Source: the human T2T-CHM13v2.0 reference genome, Homo sapiens. Taken from it: a DNA stretch of 64,000 nucleotides. A program made the position numbers and the translations under genes. This document shows positions 1 through 11,600 of this stretch, piece after piece. Below the pieces are notes generated by a model. That model did no database searches. It was given only the letters and a program-made list of their open reading frames with translations, and was not told the DNA's origin. The stretch lies in NCBI RefSeq assembly GCF_009914755.1, contig NC_060941.1; one strand, given 5' to 3'. Position 1 is the stretch's first letter; every line of letters starts with the position of its first letter.

Positions 1-653
1 CATAAAAACTATACAGATGCATTCTCAGGAACTTTTTGGTGATGTTTGTATTCAACTCCCAGAGTTGAACTTTCCTTTGGAAAGAGCAGCTATGAAACAC
101 TCTTTTTCTAGAATCTGCAAGTGGACGTTTGGAGGGCTTTGTGGTTTGTGGTGGAAAAGGAAATATCTTCACCTAAATACTAGATAGAAGCATTCTCAGA
201 AACTGCTTTGTGATGATTGCATTCACCTCACAGAGTTGAACATTCCTATTGATAGAGCAGTTTGGAAACACTCTTGTTGTGGAATGTGCAAGTGGAGACT
301 TGGAGCGTTTTGAGGCCTATGGTAGTAAAGGGAATAGCTTCATAGAAAAACTAGACAGAAGCATTCTCAGAAAATACTTTGTGATGATTGAGTTTAACTC
401 ACAGAGCTGAACATTCCTTTGGATGGAGCAGGTTTGAGACACACTTTTTGTAGAATCTACAAGTGGATATTTGGACCTCTCTGAGGATTTCTTTGGAAAC
501 GCGATAACTGCACCTAATTAAACGGAAGCATTCTCAGAAACTTCTTGGTGATGTTTGCATTCAAATCCCAGAGTTGAACCTTCCTTTGATAGTTCAGGTT
601 TGAAACACTCTTTTTGTAGGATCTGCAAGTGGATATTTGGACCACTCTGTGGC

Positions 654-670
654 CTTCGTTCGAAACGGGT
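654..670 (+). promoter_or_regulatory. CENP-B box, core intact; recurs in each HOR
   Basis: CTTCGTTCGAAACGGGT matches NTTCGNNNNANNCGGGN. Confidence 0.9.
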
Positions 671-1166
671 ACATCTTCGCATAAAATCTAGACAGAAGCC
701 TTCTCAGAAACTTCTCTGTGATGATTGCATTCAACTCACAGAGTTGAACCCTCCTATGGATAGAGCATTGTTGAAACTCTCTTTTTGTGGAATCTGCAAG
801 TGGATATGTGGACCTCTCCGAAGATGTCTTTGGAAACGGGAATATCTTCACATAAAAACTAAACAGAAGCATTCTCAGAAACTTCTCTGTGATGTTTGTG
901 TTCAACTCCCAGAGTTTCACATTGCTTTTCATAGAGTAGTTCTGAAACATGCTTTTCGTAGTGTCTGCAAGTGGACATTTGGAGCGCTTTCAGGCCTGTG
1001 GTGGAAAACGAATTATGGTCCCATAAAAACTGGAGAGAAGCATTGTCAGAAACTTCTTTGTGATGATTGCATTCAACTCACGGAGATGAAGGTTCCTTTA
1101 CAAACAGCAGTTTCCAAACACTCTTTCTGTGGAATCTGCAAGTGGATATTTGGACCTCTTTGAAGA

Positions 1167-1183
1167 TTTCGTTGGAAACGGGA
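1167..1183 (+). promoter_or_regulatory. CENP-B box, canonical
   Basis: TTTCGTTGGAAACGGGA. Confidence 0.95.
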
Positions 1184-1679
1184 GAATCTTCACAGAAAAG
1201 CTAAACAGAAGCATTCTCAGAAACTTCTTTGTGATGCTTGCATTCAACTCACAGAGTTGAACTTTCCTTTCGAGAGAGAAGCTTTGAAACACTCTTTTTC
1301 CAGAATCTGCAAGTGGACATTTGGAGGGCTTTGAGGCCTGTGGTGGAAAAGGAATTAACTTCCCGTAAAAGCTAGATAGAAGCATTCTCAGAAACTACTT
1401 TGTGATGATTGCATTCAAGTCACAGAGTTGAACATTCCCTTTGACAGAGCAGTTTGGAAACTCTCTTTGTGTAGAATCTGCAAGTGGAGATATGGACCGC
1501 TTTGAGGCCTATGGTAGTAAAGGAAATAGCTTCATATAAAAGCTAGACAGTAGCATTCACAGAAAACTCTTGGTGACGACTGAGTTTAACTCACAGAGCT
1601 GAACATTCCTTTGGATGGAGCAGTTTCGAAACACACTATTTGTAGAATGTGCAAGTGGATATTTGGGCCTCTCTGAGGA

Positions 1680-1696
1680 TTTCGTTGGAAACGGGA
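1680..1696 (+). promoter_or_regulatory. CENP-B box, canonical; first of three in consecutive monomers
   Basis: TTTCGTTGGAAACGGGA. Confidence 0.95.
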
Positions 1697-1846
1697 TAAA
1701 CCGCACAGAACTAAACAGAAGCATTCTCAGAACCTTCTTCGTGATGTTTGCATTCAACTCACAGTGTTGAACCTTTCTTTGATAGTTCAGGTTTGAAACG
1801 GTCTTTCTGTAGAAACTGCAAGTAGATATTTGGGCCTCTCTGAGGA

Positions 1847-1863
1847 TTTCGTTGGAAACGGGA
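1847..1863 (+). promoter_or_regulatory. CENP-B box, canonical; second of three
   Basis: TTTCGTTGGAAACGGGA. Confidence 0.95.
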
Positions 1864-2014
1864 TAACCCGCACAGAACTAAAACAGAAGCATTCTCAGAA
1901 CCCTCTTCGTGATGTTTGCATTCAACACACAGTGCTGAACCTTTCTTTGATAGTTCAGCTTTGAAACACTCTTCTTGTAGAAACTGCAAGTGGATATTTG
2001 GTCCTCTCTGAGGA

Positions 2015-2031
2015 TTTCGTTGGAAACGGGA
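2015..2031 (+). promoter_or_regulatory. CENP-B box, canonical; third of three
   Basis: TTTCGTTGGAAACGGGA. Confidence 0.95.
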
Positions 2032-2352
2032 TAAACCGCACAGAACTAAACAGAAGCATTCTCAGAACCTTCTTCGTGATGTCTGCATTCAACTCACAGT
2101 GTGGAACCTTTCTTTGATAGTTCAGGTTTGAAACACTCTTTTTGTAGAAACTGCAAGGGGATAATTGCACTTCTTTGAGGCCTACCGTAGTAAAGGAAAT
2201 AACTTCCTATAGAAAGAAGACAGAAGCTTTCTCAGAAAATTCTTTGGGATGATTGAGTGGAACTCACAGAGCTGAACATTCCTTGCGATGTAGCAGTTTA
2301 GAAACACACTTTCTGCAGAATCTGCAAGTGCATATTTGGACCTCTCCGAGGA

Positions 2353-2369
2353 ATTCGTTGGAAACGGGA
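2353..2369 (+). promoter_or_regulatory. CENP-B box overlapping the unit-defining EcoRI site
   Basis: ATTCGTTGGAAACGGGA, with GAATTC at 2351-2356. Confidence 0.9.
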
Positions 2370-2518
2370 TAATTTCAGCTGACTAAACAGAAGCAGTCTC
2401 AGAATCTTCTTTGTGATGTTTGCATTCAAATCCCAGAGTTGAACTTTCCTTTCAAAGTTCACGTTTGAAACACTCTTTTTGCAGGATCTACAAGTGGATA
2501 TTTGGACCACTCTGTGTC

Positions 2519-2535
2519 CTTCGTTCGAAACGGGT
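2519..2535 (+). promoter_or_regulatory. CENP-B box, core intact
   Basis: CTTCGTTCGAAACGGGT. This makes 7 core-intact boxes per canonical 16-mer; three further B-type monomers have degenerate boxes (AAACGCG, TCTTTGG, AAACGGAA). Confidence 0.9.
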
Positions 2536-5500
2536 ATATCTTCACATGACATCTAGACAGAAGCATTCTCAGAAGCTTCTCTGTGATGACTGCATTCAAC
2601 TCACGGAGTTGAACACTCCTTTTGAGAGCGCAGTTTTGAAACTCTCTTTCTGTGGCATCTGCAAGGGGACATGTAGACCTCTTTGAAGATTTCGTTGGAA
2701 ACGGAATCATCTTCACATAAAAACTATACAGATGCATTCTCAGGAACTTTTTGGTGATGTTTGTATTCAACTCCCAGAGTTGAACTTTCCTTTGGAAAGA
2801 GCAGCTATGAAACACTCTTTTTCTAGAATCTGCAAGTGGACGTTTGGAGGGCTTTGTGGTTTGTGGTGGAAAAGGAAATATCTTCACCTAAATACTAGAT
2901 AGAAGCATTCTCAGAAACTGCTTTGTGATGATTGCATTCACCTCACAGAGTTGAACATTCCTATTGATAGAGCAGTTTGGAAACACTCTTGTTGTGGAAT
3001 GTGCAAGTGGAGATTTGGAGCGCTTTGAGGCCTATGGTAGTAAAGGGAATAGCTTCAGAGAAAAACTAGACAGAAGCATTCTCAGAAAATACTTTGTGAT
3101 GATTGAGTTTAACTCACAGAGCTGAACATTCCTTTGGATGGAGCAGGTTTGAGACACACTTTTTGTAGAATCTACAAGTGGATATTTGGACCTCTCTGAG
3201 GATTTCGTTGGAAACGCGATAACTGCACCTAACTAAACGGAAGCATTCTCAGAAACTTCTTGGTGATGTTTGCATTCAAATCCCAGAGTTGAACCTTCCT
3301 GTGATAGTTCAGGTTTGAAACACTCTTTTTGTAGGATCTGCAAGTGGATATTTGGACCACTCTGTGGCCTTCGTTCGAAACGGGTATATCTTCGCATAAA
3401 ATCTAGACAGAAGCCTTCTCAGAAACTTCTCTGTGATGATTGCACTCAACTCACAGAGTTGAACCCTCCTATGGATAGAGCAGTGTTGAAACTCTCTTTT
3501 TGTGGAATCTGCAAGTGGATATGTGGACCTCTCCGAAGATGTCTTTGGAAACGGGAATATCTTCACATAAAAACTAAACAGAAGCATTCTCAGAAACTTC
3601 TCTGTGATGTTTGTGTTCAACTCCCAGAGTTTCACATTGCTTTTCATAGAGTAGTTCTGAAACATGCTTTTCGTAGTGTCTACAAGTGGACATTTGGAGC
3701 GCTTTCAGGCCTGTGGTGGAAAACGAATTATGGTCACATAAAAACTGGAGAGAAGCATTGTCAGAAACTTCTTTGTGATGATTGCATTCAACTCACAGAG
3801 TTGAAGGTTCCTTTTCAAAGAGCAGTTTCCAATCACTCTTTCTGTGGAATCTGCAAGTGGATATTTGGACCTCTTTGAAGATTTCGTTGGAAACGGGAGA
3901 ATCTTCACAGAAAAGCTAAACAGAAGCATTCTCAGAAACTTCTTTGTGATGCTTGCATTCAACTCACAGAGTTGAACTTTCCTTTCGAGAGAGAAGCTTT
4001 GAAACACTCTTTTTCCAGAATCTGCAAGTGGACATTTGGAGGGCTTTGAGGCCTGTGGTGGAAAAGGAATTAACTTCCCGTAAAAGCTAGATAGAAGCAT
4101 TCTCAGAAACTACTTTGTGATGATTGCATTCAAGTCACAGAGTTGAACATTCCCTTTGACAGAGCAGTTTGGAAACTCTCTTTGTGTAGAATCTGCAAGT
4201 GGAGATATGGACCGCTTTGAGGCCTATGGTAGTAAAGGAAATAGCTTCATATAAAAGCTAGACAGTAGCATTCACAGAAAACTCTTGGTGACGACTGAGT
4301 TTAACTCACAGAGCTGAACATTCCTTTGGATGGAGCAGTTTCGAAACACACTATTTGTAGAATGTGCAAGTGGATATTTGGGCCTCTCTGAGGATTTCGT
4401 TGGAAACGGGATAAACCGCACAGAACTAAACAGAAGCATTCTCAGAACCTTCTTCGTGATGTTTGCATTCAACTCACAGTGTTGAACCTTTCTTTGATAG
4501 TTCAGATTTGAAACGGTCTTTCTGTAGAAACTGCAAGTAGATATTTGGACCTCTCTGAGGATTTCGTTGGAAACGGGATAAACCGCACAGAACTAAAACA
4601 GAAGCATTCTCAGAACCCTCTTCGTGATGTTTGCATTCAACTCACAGTGCTGAACCTTTCTTTGATAGTTCAGCTTTGAAACACTCTTCTTGTAGAAACT
4701 GCAAGTGGATATTTGGTCCTCTCTGAGGATTTCGTTGGAAACGGGATAAACCGCACAGAACTAAACAGAAGCATTCTCAGAACCTTCTTCGTGATGTCTG
4801 CATTCAACTCACAGTGTGGAACCTTTCTTTGATAGTTCAGGTTTGAAACACTCTTTTTGTAGAAACTGCAAGGGGATAATTGCACTTCTTTGAGGCCTAC
4901 CGTAGTAAAGGAAATAACTTCCTATAGAAAGAAGACAGAAGCTTTCTCAGAAAATTCTTTGGGATGATTGAGTGGAACTCACAGAGCTGTACATTCCTTG
5001 CGATGTAGCAGTTTAGAAACACACTTTCTGCAGAATCTGCAAGTGCATATTTGGACCTCTCTGAGGAATTCGTTGGAAACGGGATAATTTCAGCTGACTA
5101 AACAGAAGCAGTCTCAGAATCTTCTTTGTGATGTTTGCATTCAAATCCCAGAGTTGAACTTTCCTTTCAAAGTTCACGTTTGAAACACTCTTTTTGCAGG
5201 ATCTACAAGTGGATATTTGGACCACTCTGTGTCCTTCGTTCGAAACGGGTATATCTTCACATGACATCTAGACAGAAGCATTCTCAGAAGCTTCTCTGTG
5301 ATGACTGCATGCAACTCACGGAGTTCAACACTCCTTTTGAGAGCGCAGTTTTGAAACTCTCTTTCTGTGGCATCTGCAAGGGGACATGTAGACCTCTTTG
5401 AAGATTTTGTTGGAAACGGAATCATCTTCACATAAAAACTATACAGATGCATTCTCAGGAACTTTTTGGTGATGTTTGTATTCAACTCCCAGAGTTGAAC

Positions 5501-5958
5501 TTTCCTTTGGAAAGAGCAGCTATGAAACACTCTTTTTCTAGAATCTGCAAGTGGACGTTTGGAGGGCTTTGTGGTTTGTGGTGGAAAAGGAAATATCTTC
5601 ACCTAAATACTAGATAGAAGCATTCTCAGAAACTGCTTTGTGATGATTGCATTCACCTCACAGAGTTGAACATTCCTATTGATAGAGCAGTTTGGAAACA
5701 CTCTTGTTGTGGAATGTGCAAGTGGAGACTTGGAGCGTTTTGAGGCCTATGGTAGTAAAGGGAATAGCTTCATAGAAAAACTAGACAGAAGCATTCTCAG
5801 AAAATACTTTGTGATGATTGAGTTTAACTCACAGAGCTGAACATTCCTTTGGATGGAGCAGGTTTGAGACACACTTTTTGTAGAAACTACAAGTGGATAT
5901 TTGGACCTCTCTGAGGATTTCGTTGGAAACGCGATAACTGCACCTAATTAAACGGAAG

Positions 5959-8670
5959 CATTCTCAGAAACTTCTTGGTGATGTTTGCATTCAAATCCCA
6001 GAGTTGAACCTTCCTTTGATAGTTCAGGTTTGAAACACTCTTTTTGTAGGATCTGCAAGTGGATATTTGGACCACTCTGTGGCCTTCGTTCGAAACGGGT
6101 ACATCTTCGCATAAAATCTAGACAGAAGCCTTCTCAGAAACTTCTCTGTGATGATTGCATTCAACTCACAGAGTTGAACCCTCCTATGGATAGAGCATTG
6201 TTGAAACTCTCTTTTTGTGGAATCTGCAAGTGGATATGTGGACCTCTCCGAAGATGTCTTTGGAAACGGGAATATCTTCACATAAAAACTAAACAGAAGC
6301 ATTCTCAGAAACTTCTCTGTGATGTTTGTGTTCAACTCCCAGAGTTTCACATTGCTTTTCATAGAGTAGTTCTGAAACATGCTTTTCGTAGTGTCTGCAA
6401 GTGGACATTTGGAGCGCTTTCAGGCCTGTGGTGGAAAACGAATTATGGTCCCATAAAAACTGGAGAGAAGCATTGTCAGAAACTTCTTTGTGATGATTGC
6501 ATTCAACTCACAGAGATGAAGGTTCCTTTACAAACAGCAGTTTCCAAACACTCTTTCTGTGGAATCTGCAAGTGGATATTTGGACCTCTTTGAAGATTTC
6601 GTTGGAAACGGGAGAATCTTCACAGAAAAGGTAAACAGAAGCATTCTCAGAAACTTCTTTGTGATGCTTGCATTCAACTCACAGAGTTGAACTTTCCTTT
6701 CGAGAGAGTAGCTTTGAAACACTCTTTTCCAGAATCTGCAAGTGGACATTTGGAGGGCTTTGAGGCCTGTGGTGGAAAAGGAATTATCTTCCCGTAAAAG
6801 CTAGACAGAAGCATTCTCAGAAACTACTTTGTGATGATTGCATTCAAGTCACAGAGTTGAACATTCCCTTTGACAGAGCAGTTTGGAAACTCTCTTTGTG
6901 TAGAATCTGCAAGTGGAGATATGGACCGCTTTGAGGCCTATGGTAGTAAAGGAAATAGCTTCATATAAAAGCTAGACAGTAGCATTCACAGAAAACTCTT
7001 GGTGACGAATGAGTTTAACTCACAGAGCTGAACATTCCTTTGGATGGAGCAGTTTCGAAACACACTATTTGTAGAATGTGCAAGTGGATATTTGGGCCTC
7101 TCTGAGGATTTCGTTGGAAACGGGATAAACCGCACAGAACTAAACAGAAGCATTCTCAGAACCTTCTTCGTGATGTTTGCATTCAACTCACAGTGTAGAA
7201 CCTTTCTTTGATAGTTCAGATTTGAAACGGTCTTTCTGTAGAAACTGCAAGTAGATATTTGGACCTCTCTGAGGATTTCGTTGGAAACGGGATAAACCGC
7301 ACAGAACTAAAACAGAAGCATTCTCAGAACCCTCTTCGTGATGTTTGCATTCAACTCACAGTGCTGAACCTTTCTTTGATAGTTCAGCTTTGAAACACTC
7401 TTTTTGTAGAAACTGCAAGTGGATATTTGGTCCTCTCTGAGGATTTCGTTGGAAACGGGATAAAACGCACAGAACTAAACAGAAGCATTCTCAGAACCTT
7501 CTTCGTGATGTCTGCATTCAACTCAAAGTGTGGAACCTTTCTTTGATAGTTCAGGTTTTAAAAACTCTTTTTGTACAAACTGCAAGGGGATAATTGCACT
7601 CTTTGAGGAGTACCGTAGTAAAGGAAATAACTTCCTTTAAAAAGAAGACAGAAGCTTTCTCAGAAAATTCTTTGGGATGATTGAGTTGAACTCACAGAGC
7701 TGAGCATTCCTTGCGATGTAGCAGTTTAGAAACACACTTTCTGCAGAATCTGCAAGTGCATATGTGGACCTCTCTGAGGAATTCGTTGGAAACGGGATAA
7801 TTTCAGCTGACTAAACAGAAGCAGTCTCAGAATCTTCTTTGTGATGTTTGCATTCAAATCCCAGAGTTGAACTTTCCTTTCAAAGTTCACGTTTGACACA
7901 CTCTTTTGCAGGATCTACAAGTGGATATTTGGACCACTCTGTGTCCTAAGTTCGAAACGGGTATATCTTCACATGACATCTAGACAGAAGCATTCTCAGA
8001 AGCTTCTCTGTGATGACTGCATTCAACTCACGGAGTTGAACACTCCTTTTGAGAGCGCAGTTTTGAAACTCTCTTTCTGTGGCATCTGCAAGGGGACATG
8101 TAGACCTCTTTGAAGATTTCGTTGGAAACGGAATCATCTTCACATAAAAACTATACAGATGCATTCTCAGGAACTTTTTGGTGATGTTTGTATTCAACCC
8201 CCAGAGTTGAACTTTCCTTTGGAAAGAGCAGCTATGAAACACTCTTTTTCTAGAATCTGCAAGTGGACGTTTGGAGGGCTTTGTGGTTTGTGGTGGAAAA
8301 GGAAATATCTTCACCTAAATACTAGATAGAAGCATTCTCAGAAACTGCTTTGTGATGATTGCATTCACCTCACAGAGTTGAACATTCCTATTGATAGAGC
8401 AGTTTGGAAACACTCTTGTTGTGGAATGTGCAAGTGGAGATTTGGAGCGCTTTGAGGCCTATGGTAGTAAAGGGAATAGCTTCATAGAAAAACTAGACAG
8501 AAGCATTCTCAGAAAATACTTTGTGATGATTGAGTTTAACTCACAGAGCTGAACATTCCTTTGGATGGAGCAGGTTTGAGACACACTTTTTGTAGAATCT
8601 ACAAGTGGATATTTGGACCTCTCTGAGGATTTCGTTGGAAACGGGATAACTGCACCTAACTAAACGGAAG
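5959..8670 (+). repeat. Divergent 16-mer HOR haplotype, 2712 bp (copy 1; others at 11386-14097 and 27671-30382)
   Basis: Three 1-bp deletions (ACTCTTTTCC, TGCACTCTTTG, CTCTTTTGCAGG) plus linked substitutions GAGGAGTACC, GGTTTTAAAAAC, TGTACAAAC, CCTAAGTTCG and CAACCCCCAG. Confidence 0.9.
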
Positions 8671-11600
8671 CATTCTCAGAAACTTCTTGGTGATGTTTGC
8701 ATTCAAATCCCAGAGTTGAACCTTCCTGTGATAGTTCAGGTTTGAAACACTCTTTTTGTAGGATCTGCAAGTGGATATTTGGACCACTCTGTGGCCTTCG
8801 TTCGAAACGGGTACATCTTCACATAAAATCTAGACAGAAGCCTTCTCAGAAACTTCTCTGTGATGATTGCATTCAACTCACAGATTTGAACCCTCCTATG
8901 GATAGAGCATTGTTGAAACTCTCTTTTTGTGGAATCTGCAAGTGGATATGTGGACCTCTCCGAAGATGTCTTTGGAAACGGGAATATCTTCACATAAAAA
9001 CTAAACAGAAGCATTCTCAGAAACTTCTCTGTGATGTTTGTGTTCAACTCCCAGAGTTTCACATTGCTTTTCATAGAGTAGTTCTGAAACATGCTTTTCG
9101 TAGTGTCTGCAAGTGGACATTTGGAGCGCTTTCAGGCCTGTGGTGGAAAACGAATTATGGTCCCATAAAAACTGGAGAGAAGCATTGTCAGAAACTTCTT
9201 TGTGATGATTGCATTCAACTCACAGAGATGAAGATTCCTTTACAAACAGCAGTTTCCAAACACTCTTTCTGTGGAATCTGCAAGTGGATATTTGGACCTC
9301 TTTGAAGATTTCGTTGGAAACGGGAGAATCTTCACAGAAAAGCTAAACAGAAGCATTCTCAGAAACTTCTTTGTGATGCTTGCATTCAACTCACAGAGTT
9401 GAACTTTCCTTTCGAGAGAGAAGCTTTGAAACACTCTTTTTCCAGAATCTGCAAGTGGACATTTGGAGGGCTTTGAGGCCTGTGGTGGAAAAGGAATTAA
9501 CTTCCCGTAAAAGCTAGATAGAAGCATTCTCAGAAACTACTTTGTGATGATTGCATTCAAGTCACAGAGTTGAACATTCCCTTTGACAGAGCAGTTTGGA
9601 AACTCTCTTTGTGTAGAATCTGCAAGTGGAGATATGGACCGCTTTGAGGCCTATGGTAGTAAAGGAAATAGCTTCATATAAAAGCTAGACAGTAGCATTC
9701 ACAGAAAACTCTTGGTGACGACTGAGTTTAACTCACAGAGCTGAACATTCCTTTGGATGGAGCAGTTTCGAAACACACTATTTGTAGAATGTGCAAGTGG
9801 ATATTTGGGCCTCTCTGAGGATTTCGTTGGAAACGGGATAAACCGCACAGAACTAAACAGAAGCATTCTCAGAACCTTCTTCGTGATGTTTGCATTCAAC
9901 TCACAGTGTTGAACCTTTCTTTGATAGTTCAGGTTTGAAACGGTCTTTCTGTAGAAACTGCAAGTAGATATTTGGACCTCTCTGAGGATTTCGTTGGAAA
10001 CGGGATAAACCGCACAGAACTAAAACAGAAGCATTCTCAGAACCCTCTTCGTGATGTTTGCATTCAACTCACAGTGCTGAACCTTTCTTTGATAGTTCAG
10101 CTTTGAAACACTCTTCTTGTAGAAACTGCAAGTGGATATTTGGTCCTCTCTGAGGATTTCGTTGGAAACGGGATAAACCGCACAGAACTAAACAGAAGCA
10201 TTCTCAGAACCTTCTTCGTGATGTCTGCATTCAACTCACAGTGTGGAACCTTTCTTTGATAGTTCAGGTTTGAAACACTCTTTTTGTAGAAACTGCAAGG
10301 GGATAATTGCACTTCTTTGAGGCCTACCGTAGTAAAGGAAATAACTTCCTATAGAAAGAAGACAGAAGCTTTCTCAGAAAATTCTTTGGGATGATTGAGT
10401 GGAACTCACAGAGCTGTACATTCCTTGCGATGTAGCAGTTTAGAAACACACTTTCTGCAGAATCTGCAAGTGCATATTTGGACCTCTCTGAGGAATTCGT
10501 TGGAAACGGGATAATTTCAGCTGACTAAACAGAAGCAGTCTCAGAATCTTCTTTGTGATGTTTGCATTCAAATCCCAGAGTTGAACTTTCCTTTCAAAGT
10601 TCACGTTTGAAACACTCTTTTTGCAGGATCTACAAGTGGATATTTGGACCACTCTGTGTCCTTCGTTCGAAACGGGTATATCTTCACATGACATCTAGAC
10701 AGAAGCATTCTCAGAAGCTTCTCTGTGATGACTGCATTCAACTCACGGAGTTGAACACTCCTTTTGAGAGCGCAGTTTTGAAACTCTCTTTCTGTGGCAT
10801 CTGCAAGGGGACATGTAGACCTCTTTGAAGATTTTGTTGGAAACGGAATCATCTTCACATAAAAACTATACAGATGCATTCTCAGGAACTTTTTGGTGAT
10901 GTTTGTATTCAACTCCCAGAGTTGAACTTTCCTTTGGAAAGAGCAGCTATGAAACACTCTTTTTCTAGAATCTGCAAGTGGACGTTTGGAGGGCTTTGTG
11001 GTTTGTGGTGGAAAAGGAAATATCTTCACCTAAATACTAGATAGAAGCATTCTCAGAAACTGCTTTGTGATGATTGCATTCACCTCACAGAGTTGAACAT
11101 TCCTATTGATAGAGCAGTTTGGAAACACTCTTGTTGTGGAATGTGCAAGTGGAGACTTGGAGCGTTTTGAGGCCTATGGTAGTAAAGGGAATAGCTTCAT
11201 AGAAAAACTAGACAGAAGCATTCTCAGAAAATACTTTGTGATGATTGAGTTTAACTCACAGAGCTGAACATTCCTTTGGATGGAGCAGGTTTGAGACACA
11301 CTTTTTGTAGAAACTACAAGTGGATATTTGGACCTCTCTGAGGATTTCGTTGGAAACGCGATAACTGCACCTAATTAAACGGAAGCATTCTCAGAAACTT
11401 CTTGGTGATGTTTGCATTCAAATCCCAGAGTTGAACCTTCCTTTGATAGTTCAGGTTTGAAACACTCTTTTTGTAGGATCTGCAAGTGGATATTTGGACC
11501 ACTCTGTGGCCTTCGTTCGAAACGGGTACATCTTCGCATAAAATCTAGACAGAAGCCTTCTCAGAAACTTCTCTGTGATGATTGCATTCAACTCACAGAG

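Larger units (their letters stand above)
1640..2155 (+). repeat. Internal near-identical triplication of a ~168-bp monomer within each 16-mer
   Basis: Three tandem copies of CTCTCTGAGGATTTCGTTGGAAACGGGATAAACCGCACAGAACTAAA(A)CAGAAGCATTCTCAGAACC..CTTCGTGATG at 167-168 bp spacing. Boundaries are approximate. Confidence 0.9.
20..2734 (+). repeat. Representative canonical 16-monomer HOR unit (2715 bp)
   Basis: Monomer starts in CATTCTCAG phase are 20, 191, 362, 529, 699, 870, 1041, 1212, 1383, 1554, 1722, 1890, 2057, 2227, 2394 and 2564; the next unit starts at 2735. Box-type order is A A B B B A B A A B B B A B B B (B = CENP-B-box-like, A = GTGGTGGAAAAGG/GGTAGTAAAGG type), consistent with rearranged SF3 W1-W5 pentamers. 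Confidence 0.95.

Noticed and set aside
193-201. TTCTCAGAA in most monomers matches the STAT GAS consensus TTCNNNGAA
   Set aside because: It is part of the universal alpha-satellite consensus, and nothing in the sequence indicates function.
555-1163. 202-aa ORF repeated in nearly every unit, and all other ORFs in the track
   Set aside because: The 171-bp monomer is a multiple of 3, so stop-free frames persist by chance. The ORF starts at TTG, its translation merely repeats every 57 aa, it overlaps antisense ORFs, and it is broken by stops in the copies at 46362 and 54168. There is no support for coding.
1623-2580. 10-bp palindromes GTTTCGAAAC (1623), TTCTGCAGAA (2311) and AGAAGCTTCT (2571)
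   Set aside because: Short dyads are a known property of alpha satellite and are too short to argue for a specific structure here.
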